DNA of 51,371 nucleotides from Octopus bimaculoides (Eukaryota), in contig NC_068997.1 of the NCBI RefSeq assembly GCF_001194135.2, positions 5,698,274 to 5,749,644 of the forward strand. The letters are read 5' to 3'. How positions within the stretch are numbered: position 1 is the first letter of the stretch; every line of letters begins with the position of its first letter. A model generated the notes under the pieces. That model was not told the DNA's origin. It saw only the letters and a list, made by a program, of their open reading frames with translations, and ran no database searches. Positions 11,259 through 24,333 of the stretch are shown here, piece by piece. The position numbers and the translations under genes are program-made.

Positions 11259-14200
11259 GGATTTAAAGAAAGGAAAAAAAAAAAAAATGTAAAACTGTCC
11301 AATGACAATTTTAATTCTAAAGTGATTGTTTTAAACTCAAAATCACATTTAAGGGTATTTTGGGATGAATTGGCTAGCGATGAATTGACTGGGAACAAAT
11401 TAACTGACAACGAAATAACCAGAGATGAATTGTCCTATAACCATCTGGGGTTATAGAAGGGGCTTGCCCAAGGTGTTATGCAATGGTACTGAACAGCTAA
11501 CCACTTGGTTGCAAAGTGAGCTTCTTAACCACACAGCCATGCTTGTGCCCATGTTGGCTGTTTTTTTTAAAAATAGTTTAGCAGGGGAAGGGCAAACTCT
11601 GTCACCTTTCCTGAACATTTGAGACTGCTGTAGAGAAAGAGAGAAAGGAACTACAACACATGGGTGACCCTAAAACTGGACACCCTGGTTTGAATGCTTG
11701 CAACAGAGTAGATTCTGATAAAGACATTCAGGGACCAGGTGGTGATATTAAACTGAGGAATGTGTTAGGTATACTTCCCACAAACAAACAAAAATCATCA
11801 CTGGGCTTCCATACAATTTCCATCTCTTCATTTCCTTTCACAATGCTAGACCTGACTTCAGGTTATGATAGCCGACACTGTCCAATGTATTGCATAGTGA
11901 GATTGAAATGAGAACCATAGCATTGCAAACTACTTAACTACATGCCACTGTATCATCTCTTGCTCTCTTCTCCTGCACTACAAACAGTTCCTGGTCTTCT
12001 GAACTAGCTAGCTGTCCATCTTCACAAACGTTCAATACTGTGCTCTGCCTCTTATCTTACAGTACCGTCTCTCTCCTTATCTCACACATTGTTGTGTCAC
12101 CTCTCCTCCACTGTGGCACCAACCCCTCACCTAACTACCATCTTTCCCCATCACCTTCCATTTCACTCTGTCATCTCTTCCCCACTGTTGCACCCACCTC
12201 TCACCTTATAGAACCATCTCCTCCCCTACCTTTCCCCTGCTGTCATCACTACTATGACTCATCAGGGAATCCCTCTGCTACCACTGAGTCAATGAAGACT
12301 CTCTATGCAGTCACTCAGCTGGCTAAAAATAGCAACTAAACCTCTCTTAAAAATCATCTTGCCTTCTTAACCCTCTCAGACCTGGGCTCCTCAGCAAAAA
12401 AATAAATAGTTACATATACGGCTCAAGAGTAACGACTGCAGGCAAACTAATGGGCAGAATCAACTGCATCTTCTTTTTCTGTGTGTGCTGTTCATTACTG
12501 CTTTACCAAAAATCTGGTAGATATGATGTTGATCCTATTCCTGCTTTAGCAGGAATACAGTACAACAGGGTTAAATGATACATTAGATATGTAGTCCTAG
12601 ATACTACTAAAAATTAGTATCTAACCTTTCATCATAAGGCTGCTAAATTGGGAGAGTCCATGAAGTCTAATAAAGCAAATGACTGAGTAGTGAGGTGTTT
12701 AATATTTTAGACTTTGCTATTATTGGAGTGACACTCCACATTATCTCTCTCAGATGAAGGCAAAGTCTAAAATGTCAGATACATCAGTCTTTATAACAAA
12801 TTTATCAAACTCTAGGAAATCTGCCACAAACTATTTGCTGCAGACAATCTCCACACATTAACAAAGGCCATTTTCCCCTGTTAAAACAAAAGTGGGAATC
12901 AGATGCTATGATAGCCTTCTCCATTTCATACTACCCACCCCATCACTAATCTCCTTGCCCTCATCTGCTCCAGCATAATTTTCAGCCATGTCTTTCTTAT
13001 TCTTCTCCAGAAGGAGTTGTTCTTCCTGTCAATGTTATTGGTTACAGAATATGATCCTGTGCATCAAATTTGTATTCAAGTTGAGAAATTTAGTGTTGTG
13101 TACTTTATTTACAGGTTATTTGCTAGTAAATATAGAACAATGGATTTCTCAATTTGAAATATAAACGTAGAAAGAGTCTTCTTTGCTGTACAAGTAACAT
13201 ATGGTTATATTAACACACATGCACACGTATGTTATGATATGAGGGAGAGTATGAAGGCTAATTACAAATGTGCTTAATGTTTTGTATTTGACATTGCATT
13301 TCCACCAAAAACTGATATTTATTTAAAAAAATATTATTAGAAAAGTGTTCAGTTTCAGTGACACCCCACCCTTGTTAGCACACCGCTCAATCTCTGAAAC
13401 TACTACTTCCACGAATATTTAATTTGCATCACTTTTACTACTCCATTCACCAGGTCCCCTGGGTAACAACATATTATTTTCACACCTTCCATCTGCACAC
13501 CATTCTCAAGATTCAGCTCAAAATTCTTCACATTACAGACTTTATTCCACTCAAGACTGACCTAGAGCTAAACAACAACTACTCCTATTTCATACTTCTG
13601 ATGGTGTGAAACATCAAAGCTGACTGTAGTGGGAATTTATCTTGACAAGATAAATTCCCACTACAAGATAGAAAGATGATGTTACACACACAAGATGCAG
13701 GTGAGGCTGTACGGTTAAGAAATTTGATTCCTGACTATATGGTTTCAGGTTCAATCCCACTGCATGGCACCTTAGGTAAATGTTTTGTGCTATAGTCCCG
13801 AGCTGACCAAAAGCTTTTTGAGTAAATTTGGTAGATGGAAATTGAAAGGAGCCCATTCATCATCGTCATCAAAGTCATTTAACATCTGTTTTCCATGCTG
13901 GTACAAGTTGGACGGTCTAACAGGAGCTGGTATGGCCAGGGGCCACACCAGGCTCCATTGTCTGTTCTGACATGGTTTCTACAGCTGGATGCCTCTCCTA
14001 ATGCCAACCACTTTGGAGAGTGTACTGGGTGCTTTTTATGGGGCACCAGTGCTTTTAACATGGCACCAACACATATGCTTTTTATGTGGCATCAACACCA
14101 GTATCAATTATATATATATATATATATATATATAGATTAGTTATAGGATTCATTAGCATCTTATAACAGTGAGGTTAAACAACCATCAATGTACCATGTG

Positions 14201-14294
14201 TTGGTAGGATACTGTAGACATGTAAGTACCAAATCAAATTTAAACTGTAGAGCTGATGCAGGGCTGGTTCTAAGTATGGTGTAGAACACAGATA

Positions 14295-14398
14295 GGGTTT
14301 AAAATTTTAAGACAGCTGTTTCAGTAGAATTTTATTGATGTATTCATAAATTACATCAATAAAATTCTACTGAAATAGCTGTTGTAAATTTTAAACTC
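14295..14398. repeat. Near-perfect inverted repeat (31-bp core stem, 9-nt loop)
   Basis: 14312-14342 pairs with 14352-14382 with one G-T; outer arms extend to 14295/14398. Confidence 0.9.
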
Positions 14399-15879
14399 AA
14401 TTTGTTTATTTTTTTTATAGCTTTCCCTGAAAATATGTCTTGCCTTGGGGAGATATTACCTTGCTTGGAAACATGTGAGGGTGGCAACAAGAAGGGTATC
14501 CAACGGCAAAAATCTGTTGCAATTAAACTCCATCTGACTCATGAATGCATTAAAAAGTGGCTATTATGATGATGATGGAAGCATTTGCTTCAACATGTCT
14601 AGCTTATGCAAACTTAATGATAATTAATAATAATTTTTTTTTTTAAATCTTAATAATAATACTAAATTTTGGAGAGGGAGCTAGTTGATAGCCAGTGCTC
14701 AACTAGCATTTATTTCATCAACCCTGAAAAGATGAAAGGCAAAGTTAACCCCAGCAAAATTTGAATTTAGAATGTAAAGATGGGCCAAATGCTGCTAGGC
14801 ATTCTGTCTGCCATGATAATGATACAGTCCAGTTTCTGCAATAATAATACCTGACACAGGTACAAAGCCACAAATTTAGGAGGAGGAAGAGGAGGAGTAA
14901 AATTGACCATGGCAGGATATTTCAAGATAAATACTAGTTGAATACTGGAGCTGATGTAAGTGACTACTACTACTCATTATTGTTTCAAATTTTGCTCAAC
15001 ATCTTATAATAATTCTGCTTGTCATTGTGTTACTTAGCCCGTTGGTAACACTTTCATGTGATTAGAGAAAAAGAAGGAGGGAGAAGAGTGCATGATGTGA
15101 GGTGGAGGGAATGTAATTGTAACGCTTTCACGTGATTTATTGAAGTGAAAGAGAAGAGAAAGAAAAAAGGAGGGAGAAAAAGAGGATAAGGTGAAGAGTG
15201 AGACGGAAAGAGGGAGAAAGAAAGAGGGTGAGAGAAGCATCCATGGTGTGAGGTAGGGGGGAACGTAATATTTATTACATGGTTAAAAAAGTTAGTTGAA
15301 GGTACAGGAGAGTTAGAAATATAACTTTAGCAGAGTGGTGATGTTAAAGAGATAAGGAGAGGGGAGAGAGAGGAGAGAGTGGGGAGATAGGGAGAGGGGA
15401 GAGAGAGAGCATAAGACAGATTAACTTTTTTTTAATTGAACTAAGTTTTTTTATATCACCTCTCACTTAACGCATGCACATAAGTGTAATTCTGTGAAAT
15501 ATTCACACTTATTTATATGACAGATATATGCCATTTAACTAAAGGTTGTATCATATGTACAGGATATTGTTTTTTGTTTATGGGGGAAATGGGAAAATAA
15601 GAGTTAATATTTATCTTGAGTGCTGTGTATTAAGTCTATAAAACTGTATATAAAGTATATAAATAAAGTGCATTAAGTAATCATCGTATTCCAATTTCTT
15701 TCACTTTTCAACGAGTAACAGATGAGTGACTATTTTCCCATACAGACACAACACAGGCTATGCTTTCAGGCTTTTTGGATAAAATTTTCAGTAATAACCC
15801 AATAAGTTTACCATTAATTCCATGAAATATTCACAGGTTCCACCAGTATTAATAATTCCACCAGCTTGCTGTCTTGAAT

Positions 15880-16400
15880 GATAATGGTATCAACTTTTTG
15901 TACAAGACTAGCAATTTTGGAAGGATGGCTTTAGTCAATTACATTAGTCCCAGTATCCAACTGGTATTTATTATATCAACCCTGAAAGGATGAAAGGCAA
16001 AGCTGATCTTAGTGGGATTTAAAAATGGAAAATGTAAAGAGCCAAAAGAAATGGGACTAAGCATTTTCCCCATACACTAATGATTCTGCCAGATGGTCAG
16101 AAATGTAGGAGGAGAGCTTAGTCGATTATATTGATCTCAGTACTTAACAAGTACTTTATTTTGTCAACACTGGAAGGATGAAAGGCAAAAGTCAATTTTG
16201 GTGAGAATACAAATGGGAAGATGATCTAGATCTATAATTGAATATCACAAAGTATTTTGTTCACCACTAATGATATATCAAACAATAATTGTTTCTAACA
16301 TAGCCACAAGGATAGAAACTTGAAGGAGGAGGGGTTTAGTTGATTAAATTGATTCTAGTACTTGACTGATACTTTATTTTACTGACCTCTGAGAGATGAA
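15880..16400 (-). mobile_element. Tandem array of about 3 tRNA-head SINEs (family B, TTA-tailed)
   Basis: Repeated ggatgaaaggcaaag..gac...gaatttgaactcagaa and ttgaccccagt..ttgactggtac blocks. Other minus copies at about 490-680, 3140-3540, 14640-14850, 20780-20990, 25975-26430. Confidence 0.8.
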
Positions 16401-16759
16401 TATCAGTTTATTATTTTTTTTTATCTTCTATTTATTTATCATTTTATCTTTACTCGTTTCAGTCATTTGACTGTGGTCTTGCTGGGAAGACCTGTTTGTT
16501 TATTTTGTTCTTGTAGCAAATAAACAGATAACTGTAATCATTGCTTGCCCTTCATCTCTCTGGAAATTGATAAAATAAGTATGATTAAATAAAGTACCAA
16601 GAGAATGAAGTTCAATAAATTAGCCATTCATCTTCCTTCATACTGTATGGTATTGTAATGACCTTAAAACTCATTATTACCATTGTCATGTAATATCCCT
16701 TTATATGGCACCACTGTGATAATGAAAGAAATGGTTACTATTACTGAGTGCTGTACAAA

Positions 16760-17390
16760 ATGCCTTGTGGTAGTTAATGATGTCTTTTTACATTCTGAGT
16801 TCAAATCTTGCTAAACTCAACTTTGCTGTTCCTCCTTCTTGGTTCAATAAAATAAAGCAGTAATCAAGTACTGAAGATTGATGTAATCAACTAGCTGCAC
16901 CCCCATGAATCTGTAGCCTTGTGTTGATGTTAGAAATTATTATTTTTTTTTTTAAGGCAATGAGCTGGTAGGGTCATCTGTGTTTTGAACAAAATGCCTA
17001 GCAGAATTTTTTTCCAGCTCTTTACATTTCAAGTTTCCACCAAGGTCAACTTTGCCTTTCATACTTCTAGGGATCAATAAAATAAGTACCAGTTGAGCAC
17101 CAGGGATCAATGTAATTGACTAACCCCACTCTTTAAAAGGACTGGCTTTGTGCCAAAATTTGAAACAAAGTGGTAAGCTGGTAAAATCATTAGTGTGTTG
17201 AACTAAATGCTTAGCAACATTTCTTCCAGCTCTTTATCTTCTGTGTTCCAATGAGGTCAACCTTGTCTTTCAACCTTTTGGAATAGATAAAATAAAGTAC
17301 CAGTCAAGTACTAGGCTTCAATGTAACTAACTAACTGTACTTCCCTATAAAAGGCTGCTGGCCTTGTACCAAAATTTGAAACCATTATTA
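16760..17390 (+). mobile_element. Tandem array of about 3 family B SINEs in the opposite orientation
   Basis: gagctgg.ag..tc.ttag head, gagttcaaat B-box-like motif, caactttgcctttcat, aataaaataagtaccag, ggccttgtgcc tail. Two more plus copies at about 20290-20630. Confidence 0.8.
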
Positions 17391-17529
17391 CTAACATCAT
17401 CCAACATAAATTCTGAGGTAGTAGTTTGACATCCAGTGAAGCCTGATTGAGCAGAGCTAGGATTAAAGACATCACAGCTGTGACCACCCTGTCATTTATT
17501 TCAGATGTAGCCTATACTCTCTCTCTCTT

Positions 17530-17582
<53 letters not shown>

Positions 17583-18125
17583 CAAAAAATAACTATACTG
17601 AAACAAAAAGAAAAGTTTAAGTCCTAAGACTGTAATTTTATGCTGCCTTTAATTTTATAAAATTAATAACTCATTAATTTCCTCAGCAGAGATGTGACGA
17701 GAATTCTAATGGACATGAAATTTCTCCTGTTATTATCAAAAGAGTTACCCTCTACCTCATATGGCGGTTGATTCACTCATTAAATCTGGTAGTATTTCAT
17801 TACAGCAACCATTCTGTTGTTCTACTTCTACATTTATAATTTTCATGAATCTTTGGAAACATGGGTCTGGGAATAAGACTAATGTCCCTATCCAGACATT
17901 ACCCTTAGTTTTGCATTTCTTTTCGTTTCCTTCTGATGGCTCTGCATCATTGAATCTCAGCTGACTCCTCTTTCAGTGTCATTGAATTACTTTAGCTGCC
18001 ACACCACAATAACTCGCTAGCAGTCCCAGTGTATCAAAGATACAAATACTGTCACACTCTTGATTGACATAGTTCTCAACACTAAAGTCAAGAAGACCAT
18101 TTTAGAAATCAGTAGAAGGATAACA

Positions 18126-18353
18126 TTAACTCTTTTGATCCCAACCCACCTGAGATTACCTCTCGTCTTATGATACAAACTTCTTGCTTTAAAGTGATCT
18201 ACAATAAACTCTTCCTACAAAATTTTAAAGTAAATTTATGTTCTAAAGACTAGTTTAATAAAGACAAAATTATTTTACTACATTCTTCATTATCTTCAAA
18301 AATTGAAACAAAGACAAAGTATTTCAATAGGAATATGGCAACAAAAGAGTTAA
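18126..18353. mobile_element. TTAA-flanked MITE (piggyBac-type target site)
   Basis: TTAA|CTCTTTTG ... CAAAAGAG|TTAA: 8-bp TIR with TTAA duplication. An interrupted, inverted, degraded copy lies at about 32135-32530 in the PLRG1 intron. Confidence 0.75.
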
Positions 18354-21300
18354 GAAAGTGTGAAGAGATGAATGGAGGGAACATTATTCCGGTGGTGGGA
18401 ACCTGGTTGGGATCTCCAGTGAACCATTGTTTAGTTTCTATTATCTAACCAATGGATGTATGTAAACAGGCAGAGGCCAGGCCATGGCAAAGTGTTAGCT
18501 AACCTGCATCAATGAGGGTACAGTCATTAAGTATCTCTTATATCAGGAAGAATTGGCTCAGTCCTATCAGAAGCAACTATGAGTCAAATACAAATACAGG
18601 TTGGTGAATAAGATCACAAAAACTGCAAAATGAAAGGGGTTTGAAATAACAATCACACTGGATTGTCTGTCATGTAGGTTTACAAGGGATGCATTTGGAT
18701 GTTAGGTGCAGTTTCCACCCAATGCTGGTACAGCCAGGAATAAGCCTGCAATTTGTTCTAGGAAGTATGGGGTGGGAGCACAAAGGATCTGTGACAATAT
18801 AGTAAATCCCCGTTTTATATACCTGGTATATCAGGTATCCCTACAAGACACAGACCACCTCATATTACACTATCTGGTCACTTAATTCCAGAAGGAAATA
18901 AAATAATCCATGAAGATGACAAGGCATACATTGGTTGGATCTCAAATGGGGTTGTGAAAGTCACAATACAAAGCATTTACTTATTGTACTAATCACTAGG
19001 AGTAACCAGAAGAAAAGAACTCCTGTGTACTCAATTGAGCAGATCGGTGGAGTAGCTAAATAAATCAACAAACACTCTACTAGGGCAGTAGAGAGATGCT
19101 GGAATCAGCAGATCATAGGACAGATTAACTGTTGGTGTTTCGATTAGTTACCTCACATTCTGAATTCAAATCCCATCTAAGTCACAATTCTTCTGAAGTC
19201 AATAAAATAGTCTACATGTACTGGGGCTGGTATAATTGACTATAACCTTGAAGTTAGTGTACCTAGTATGACCCTAGTCCAATGACTAAAACCAGTGTAA
19301 GAGTCTCTCTCACTCTCTCTGTTTCTCTTCATGTGCCATGCATATTTTGTAGACATTGGTAATCATGGACATTCATGCCAAAGTTTGAAGATTCATGGAG
19401 TTTTTCTTGGGGAAAAATACAGCTATGATTTACTGCTGCCTTTTACCCTTCTATTTACAGTTTGCTCTGCTTGTCTTCTGCTCTTTCAAACTTACCCTTG
19501 AGGTACAGGACCTATGTAGCTTTTCAATGGAGACTGGTTTATGTGACATCCAGGTATATCTACACTATCATAAGTCTGTGTGATATGTCTAAGAGCCAAT
19601 CCTCATTCAAGTCCTGTATGCCAGGTATTTCCCCCCTGGACAGGAGTGAACCTGGGAGTAGAGGTAACACCGTACTCCTGTAAGGGCCCAAGCCAGAGCC
19701 TCACCATTTAAATGTTTTACCCAACACAAGTTGAAAAGTAACATAATTAAAATGGGGGATCTTGTATTTTAAGGGGTAACTCTTATGACCATAATAGAAA
19801 TAGGATGATTACAGTTATTTTATTTTTATGGATTAGACAAAGAGAGAAAGGCAGGCAGAAGATACTTGTCCACTGTGAAGTGGAATTGAACCCACAGCTT
19901 TGCACTTGCAAAATGAACTGCTAAATTATGCAGCTATATCTGGATGTTTGGACTGAACTACAGCTACTTGTGAAACACAGATCTGCTGAAACTGTTTTTA
20001 CTCATGCTGTCCAACAATAACATTGATATTATGGTCGTTCAACTTGCTAGAAATAACAGCCAAACCTCCCTCCACTCTATTGTCCTACATAATGAAGGAT
20101 AGAAAGAAAAAGACTAGAAGAGCTAGTTACCAGAAATCAAAGTGTTAGATTAAATATCATAAATATACTGTTTCATTCCTAGACAGTTAAAACGTTCAAA
20201 TCATACTACTGTCAACCAAATCTCCCTCAAACCACATCCTACTCTTTTAAGGAAGAACACACATATTACGAGCTCAAAGCTCACCTAGGACATCTGTCTT
20301 TCATCCATCCGGAACAAATAAAATAACGTACTAGCCAAGTACTGGGGTTGATGGTATCGACTAATCCCTCCACCCAAAACTGCTAGCCTTGCGCTAAAAT
20401 TAGAAAGAATTATTATAGGGTGGTGAACCGTCAGAATCGTTAACAAGTTGCACAAGAGGCTTAGAGACATTTCTTCCGGTTCTTTGAATTCTGAGTCCAA
20501 ATTCTACCGAGGTCGACTTTACCTTTCATCTTTCGGGATTCGATAAAGTCAAGTACTGGAGTTAATGTAATTGACTTGCTCCCTTTCCCCCCAAATTGCT
20601 GGCCTTGTGCCTATAGTAGAAAGGATTATAATTATTTGATATCAACGAATCGCAAAATATATTAAGGCAGAAAAAAAAATAATAAACAAAACTTGAGACA
20701 GAGGCGTGATAGTTAAATCTCAGTAGCTTTTAATAATATCACTAAAATGCAATTATAAAAGTTCAATGAAAATAATAACTTTTTCTAAACCAAAGCACAA
20801 CGCCGGGACATTTACTGGAGGAAATAGTCGACAAAACTGAATCCAAACACTTTATTTTATCAACAACGAGAGGATGAAAAGCAAAGTCGGCGGAATTTTA
20901 CTTGAGAACGTAAAGGAGCCGGAAGGAATACCGCTAACATTTTGTCCGGCGCGCTAACGATTCTGCCTGTTCACCACCATAATAATAAAGTATATAGTTT
21001 TGACTAAACGAAGTAGAAACTCAAACATGAAGAATTTTTTTAATGGTAAAGTAAAATAAATTATATGAATAAACAGACGAAATGAATAAAAAGGTCCCAC
21101 CCCAAAATAATTGCATCGGGAGTGACTTAAAAAATACTCAACTATCCTTCGATAATGAAAAGAAAATAAGGATTTCGTTTGCCTAGAGTTTTGATCTTGT
21201 AAAAACATATAAACGGTAAGGTAGTTGGTTAATTAGAGGAATGGTAGATAATAGAATGGTAGATAATGTGGAATACCTAGACTATAAATGACAATGGATT

Positions 21301-21467
21301 GTTTCTTAACGGAAAGTGATCTCGTCGCAGTTTTCGAAGAAACGAGTAAAAGAGTATATTACCGCTATCTAATAATAACAATAACATTATGGATATAAGT
21401 AAACATAAAATCTTTTATATACATATATATAACTACTAAATGTTTCTAAGTTACGCTCTAAATGTAA

Positions 21468-21499
<32 letters not shown>

Positions 21500-21957
21500 G
21501 CGAGAGTATGAGGCCATCTGAGAGAGGCAAGAAACCGAAACTTCGAAGTTATTATCAACCCTTTCTTTGCAAGAGTTTAATAAACAGGTACTCTACTAAA
21601 AAGGATTTAGTAATCCTTCAGTTTGATGTTAAGTATTTATACACACACACACACACGAATGCATACCCTCACTCATATGCATATATATGTGTATACATAC
21701 AAATATTATTTACATAAATATATGTGCGTGTATAATTATACGCATACACAGATAGAGGGAGTAGCCACATTAGTACAGAAATGGTGAATCACATACAGAA
21801 AGAGACAAGAGATATGATTTTACAGAAAATAATATAAAGACAGAAATACAGATAAAGTGAAAAACAAGAACCATAAGATAAAAATGAAGGAGACGTGTTT
21901 AACTGAAGAATGAAAGACAAATAGTGAGAGAAAGAGCAACAGAGGAGAGGGACTTAC

Positions 21958-22028
21958 ATTTTTATCTCGATATTAACGTCCAGGTCACAACTGTACACAT
22001 AACACAACCTGTCTGGAACATCGGCCAT
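21958..22028 (-). CDS. PIK3C3: PI3-kinase catalytic subunit type 3 (Vps34), coding exon 1 (71 nt)
   Basis: Manual translation MADVPDRLCYVYSCDLDVNIEIK+AT resembles the Vps34 N-terminus (human [23 protein letters not shown]). ATG in ccATGG context, donor AT|GTAAG. Phase 2 joins exon 2 exactly (AT+T = Ile). Confidence 0.93.
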
Positions 22029-22240
22029 GGTTTAAGAAAATAAGGGAGAGGGTAATTAGTACAGAATGGATGGTGAAAGATACTTGATAACCTCTAATGT
22101 TTCTCTTCACAATCAGCAACACATAGTGTCAGTAACGGATTGTCACCAAGTGTTTGTCTGTTGGCGAGTCGCCATCATGACAGGGGAGATAACTGAGATA
22201 ACTATACATCGCAACAGTCGTCACTGTATCGATAACTTCC
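22029..22240 (-). promoter_or_regulatory. Putative PIK3C3 core promoter / 5' UTR
   Basis: CpG-rich, non-repetitive stretch directly upstream of the ATG. Contains TATCGATA (DRE-like, 22227-22234), ATGGCG (YY1-like core, 22170-22175) and four GATAAC copies. The TSS itself cannot be seen. Confidence 0.5.
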
Positions 22241-22454
22241 CCCTTAAATTACTCAATCTTGTGGAATGTATTCTCTCTATCTCTTTCAATAGTGCACTCT
22301 TTCATTTCATCCTTTTCTTATTTTCTCTTTCGCTCCTTCTCTCGGTAGTCTTCACTTTCATTTCTTGCCCTCTTTGAAAAAGAAATGGAAAGAAGGCACC
22401 CATTGACTTTGATTGTTCCGCTCTTTCAGTTGTGATTATGACAGAGTAATGCCA

Positions 22455-22851
22455 TCTTTGATCTTGTTTCAGCCATTAGATTGTGGCTAGGCTGGGGCAC
22501 TGCCGTAAGGAATTTTAGGCGAACTAATCAATCCCAGTACTTATTTACTTTTTAAGCCTAGTAATTATTCCATCCGTCTCTTTTGTTAAACCGCTAAGTT
22601 ACAGCGGTGTAAATATACCAACACCAGTTGTCAAGAGGTGGGGAGGGGACAAACAAACACAGATACAAAGAGACACACACACAAACACACATCCATACGA
22701 TGAACTTCTTTCAGTCTTTGTCAATCAAATCCACTCACAAGGCTTTGGTTGGCTTAAGGCTGTAGCAGAAGAAGCTCGTCCGAGGTGTCACACAGTGGGA
22801 GTGAACCCAGAACCGTGTGGTTGGGAAACAAACTTCTTACCACACAGCCGT
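22455..22851 (-). mobile_element. Near full-length tRNA-head SINE (family C) upstream of PIK3C3
   Basis: Reverse complement of the 30642-30986 element, including the internal (GT)n. Confidence 0.85.
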
Positions 22852-24333
22852 ATCTGCACCTATGCCATGACATCTATTTCAGTATTTCCCTCAGTATTTA
22901 TTGAATGAGAGAGCTCAATGTCTCCTGTTGTCATCAATGTCTCCTGTTTAGAAGCAGAAGAGCAACATCGACAGCAACAGGCTAGGTTGGATAAGAGGTG
23001 ATCCCAGTCATTTTTGAAAGAGCTGACATTTACTCCTCGTATTTACTAAACGTTTTGAGAAAGAATGTGGGCACAGTATGCTACTGCTGCTGCTTCATGC
23101 TCAAGCTTGATGGGGCTGGGCTCATCCCCCGTTAGATGTCCCAGAGACGTCATCATAATAGAGCTGACCAGGTCCATCAGTGCTCTCCATCACTGGCAGT
23201 CCCATGCTAGCCCCTCTGCAGCCTATGTAATATGGTAGAATGCTAAGAAGTTTGCTTCCTGATCATGAAATCCAGGGTTCAGTTTTGCTCAGTGATATCT
23301 TGGGCAAGTGTCAGGACTATATATTTTGAGTGAAATAGGATTGATGGAAATTGTGTGGAAGCCCATCAAGCAATCCAGCCATGTCACAGATTGTGTTACA
23401 CTGATCCACCTGAGTATTACATTGAGGTTACATGTATCTGTGGAATACTCTGCCACTTACATGCCAAATCAATGAATTTGGTAGATCAGTTGATTGAATG
23501 GATGAAAAATCATGATTGGAAATTCAAATCAAAATCCTTTTACTATTGAGGAATATGAAAGATGTGTTATCTTTTAAAACCTGGGCTGTTGTGGTACCTT
23601 GAGAGAGAGAGAGGAGGGAGAGTAGGAGAAAGGGACAAAAAAGGAGAGAGAAAGAAAGAGAGAGAGAGGAGAAGAGGAAGAGAGAGAAATTGCAGAAAAA
23701 TGCAATGGTGCCCAATTTGATGATGTACATAGTTTTCAATGCCAAAGTTCAGTGTAGTCCCACCAGAAATTTCCAGATATAGATCACTGCATATCCCTCC
23801 CTTCATCACTCCAAATATCATAACCTGTGAAGTTCAGTTTCTTCATAATACAGAGAAGGTGTTTAAACCTCCAAGGTTGGGTTCCGTACCCTTTGTAGGT
23901 GTCTCTGTTATGAGAATGATGAGGAGTTTCTTACAACTAAATAATTAAATGTAAAGCTAATAAACAATCAAAATTTTACTAAATAAATAAACAGGAGATG
24001 TTAAATCAATTAGTGCCCCATTAATAATTTGCAAAACTGGATGAATTTCCCTCAATAAACAAAATATATTTATATTTAAAAAACTCATAAAGACTGTCTC
24101 CATGATACAATATCAGAAAGAAGTGCTTAATTACCAAGCTATTAGTTTATAAACTAATGAACTAATAACAACTAGATCTACATGTCAGAATTGGGATGGA
24201 AGTGTGAGGTACACCATATACTGTGTACATGTTTTTGCTATAGTTTCTGATTTTTTAAATTAACCTAAATAAAAGTAAATTATGTTATATGTAAACAAGC
24301 ATAAGTTTGTTTTTGAAGCACTGAAATGTATTG

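Noticed and set aside
12367-12574. TTAA-CCCT...AGGG-TTAA piggyBac-like MITE
   Set aside because: Only 4 bp of terminal complementarity beyond TTAA and no second copy in the window, so it could be chance.
18370-19150. Possible ancient RLE-type (Hero/NeSL-like) LINE remnant
   Set aside because: Only vague similarity (SLGVTRRK...) with many stops, and no diagnostic motif could be read.
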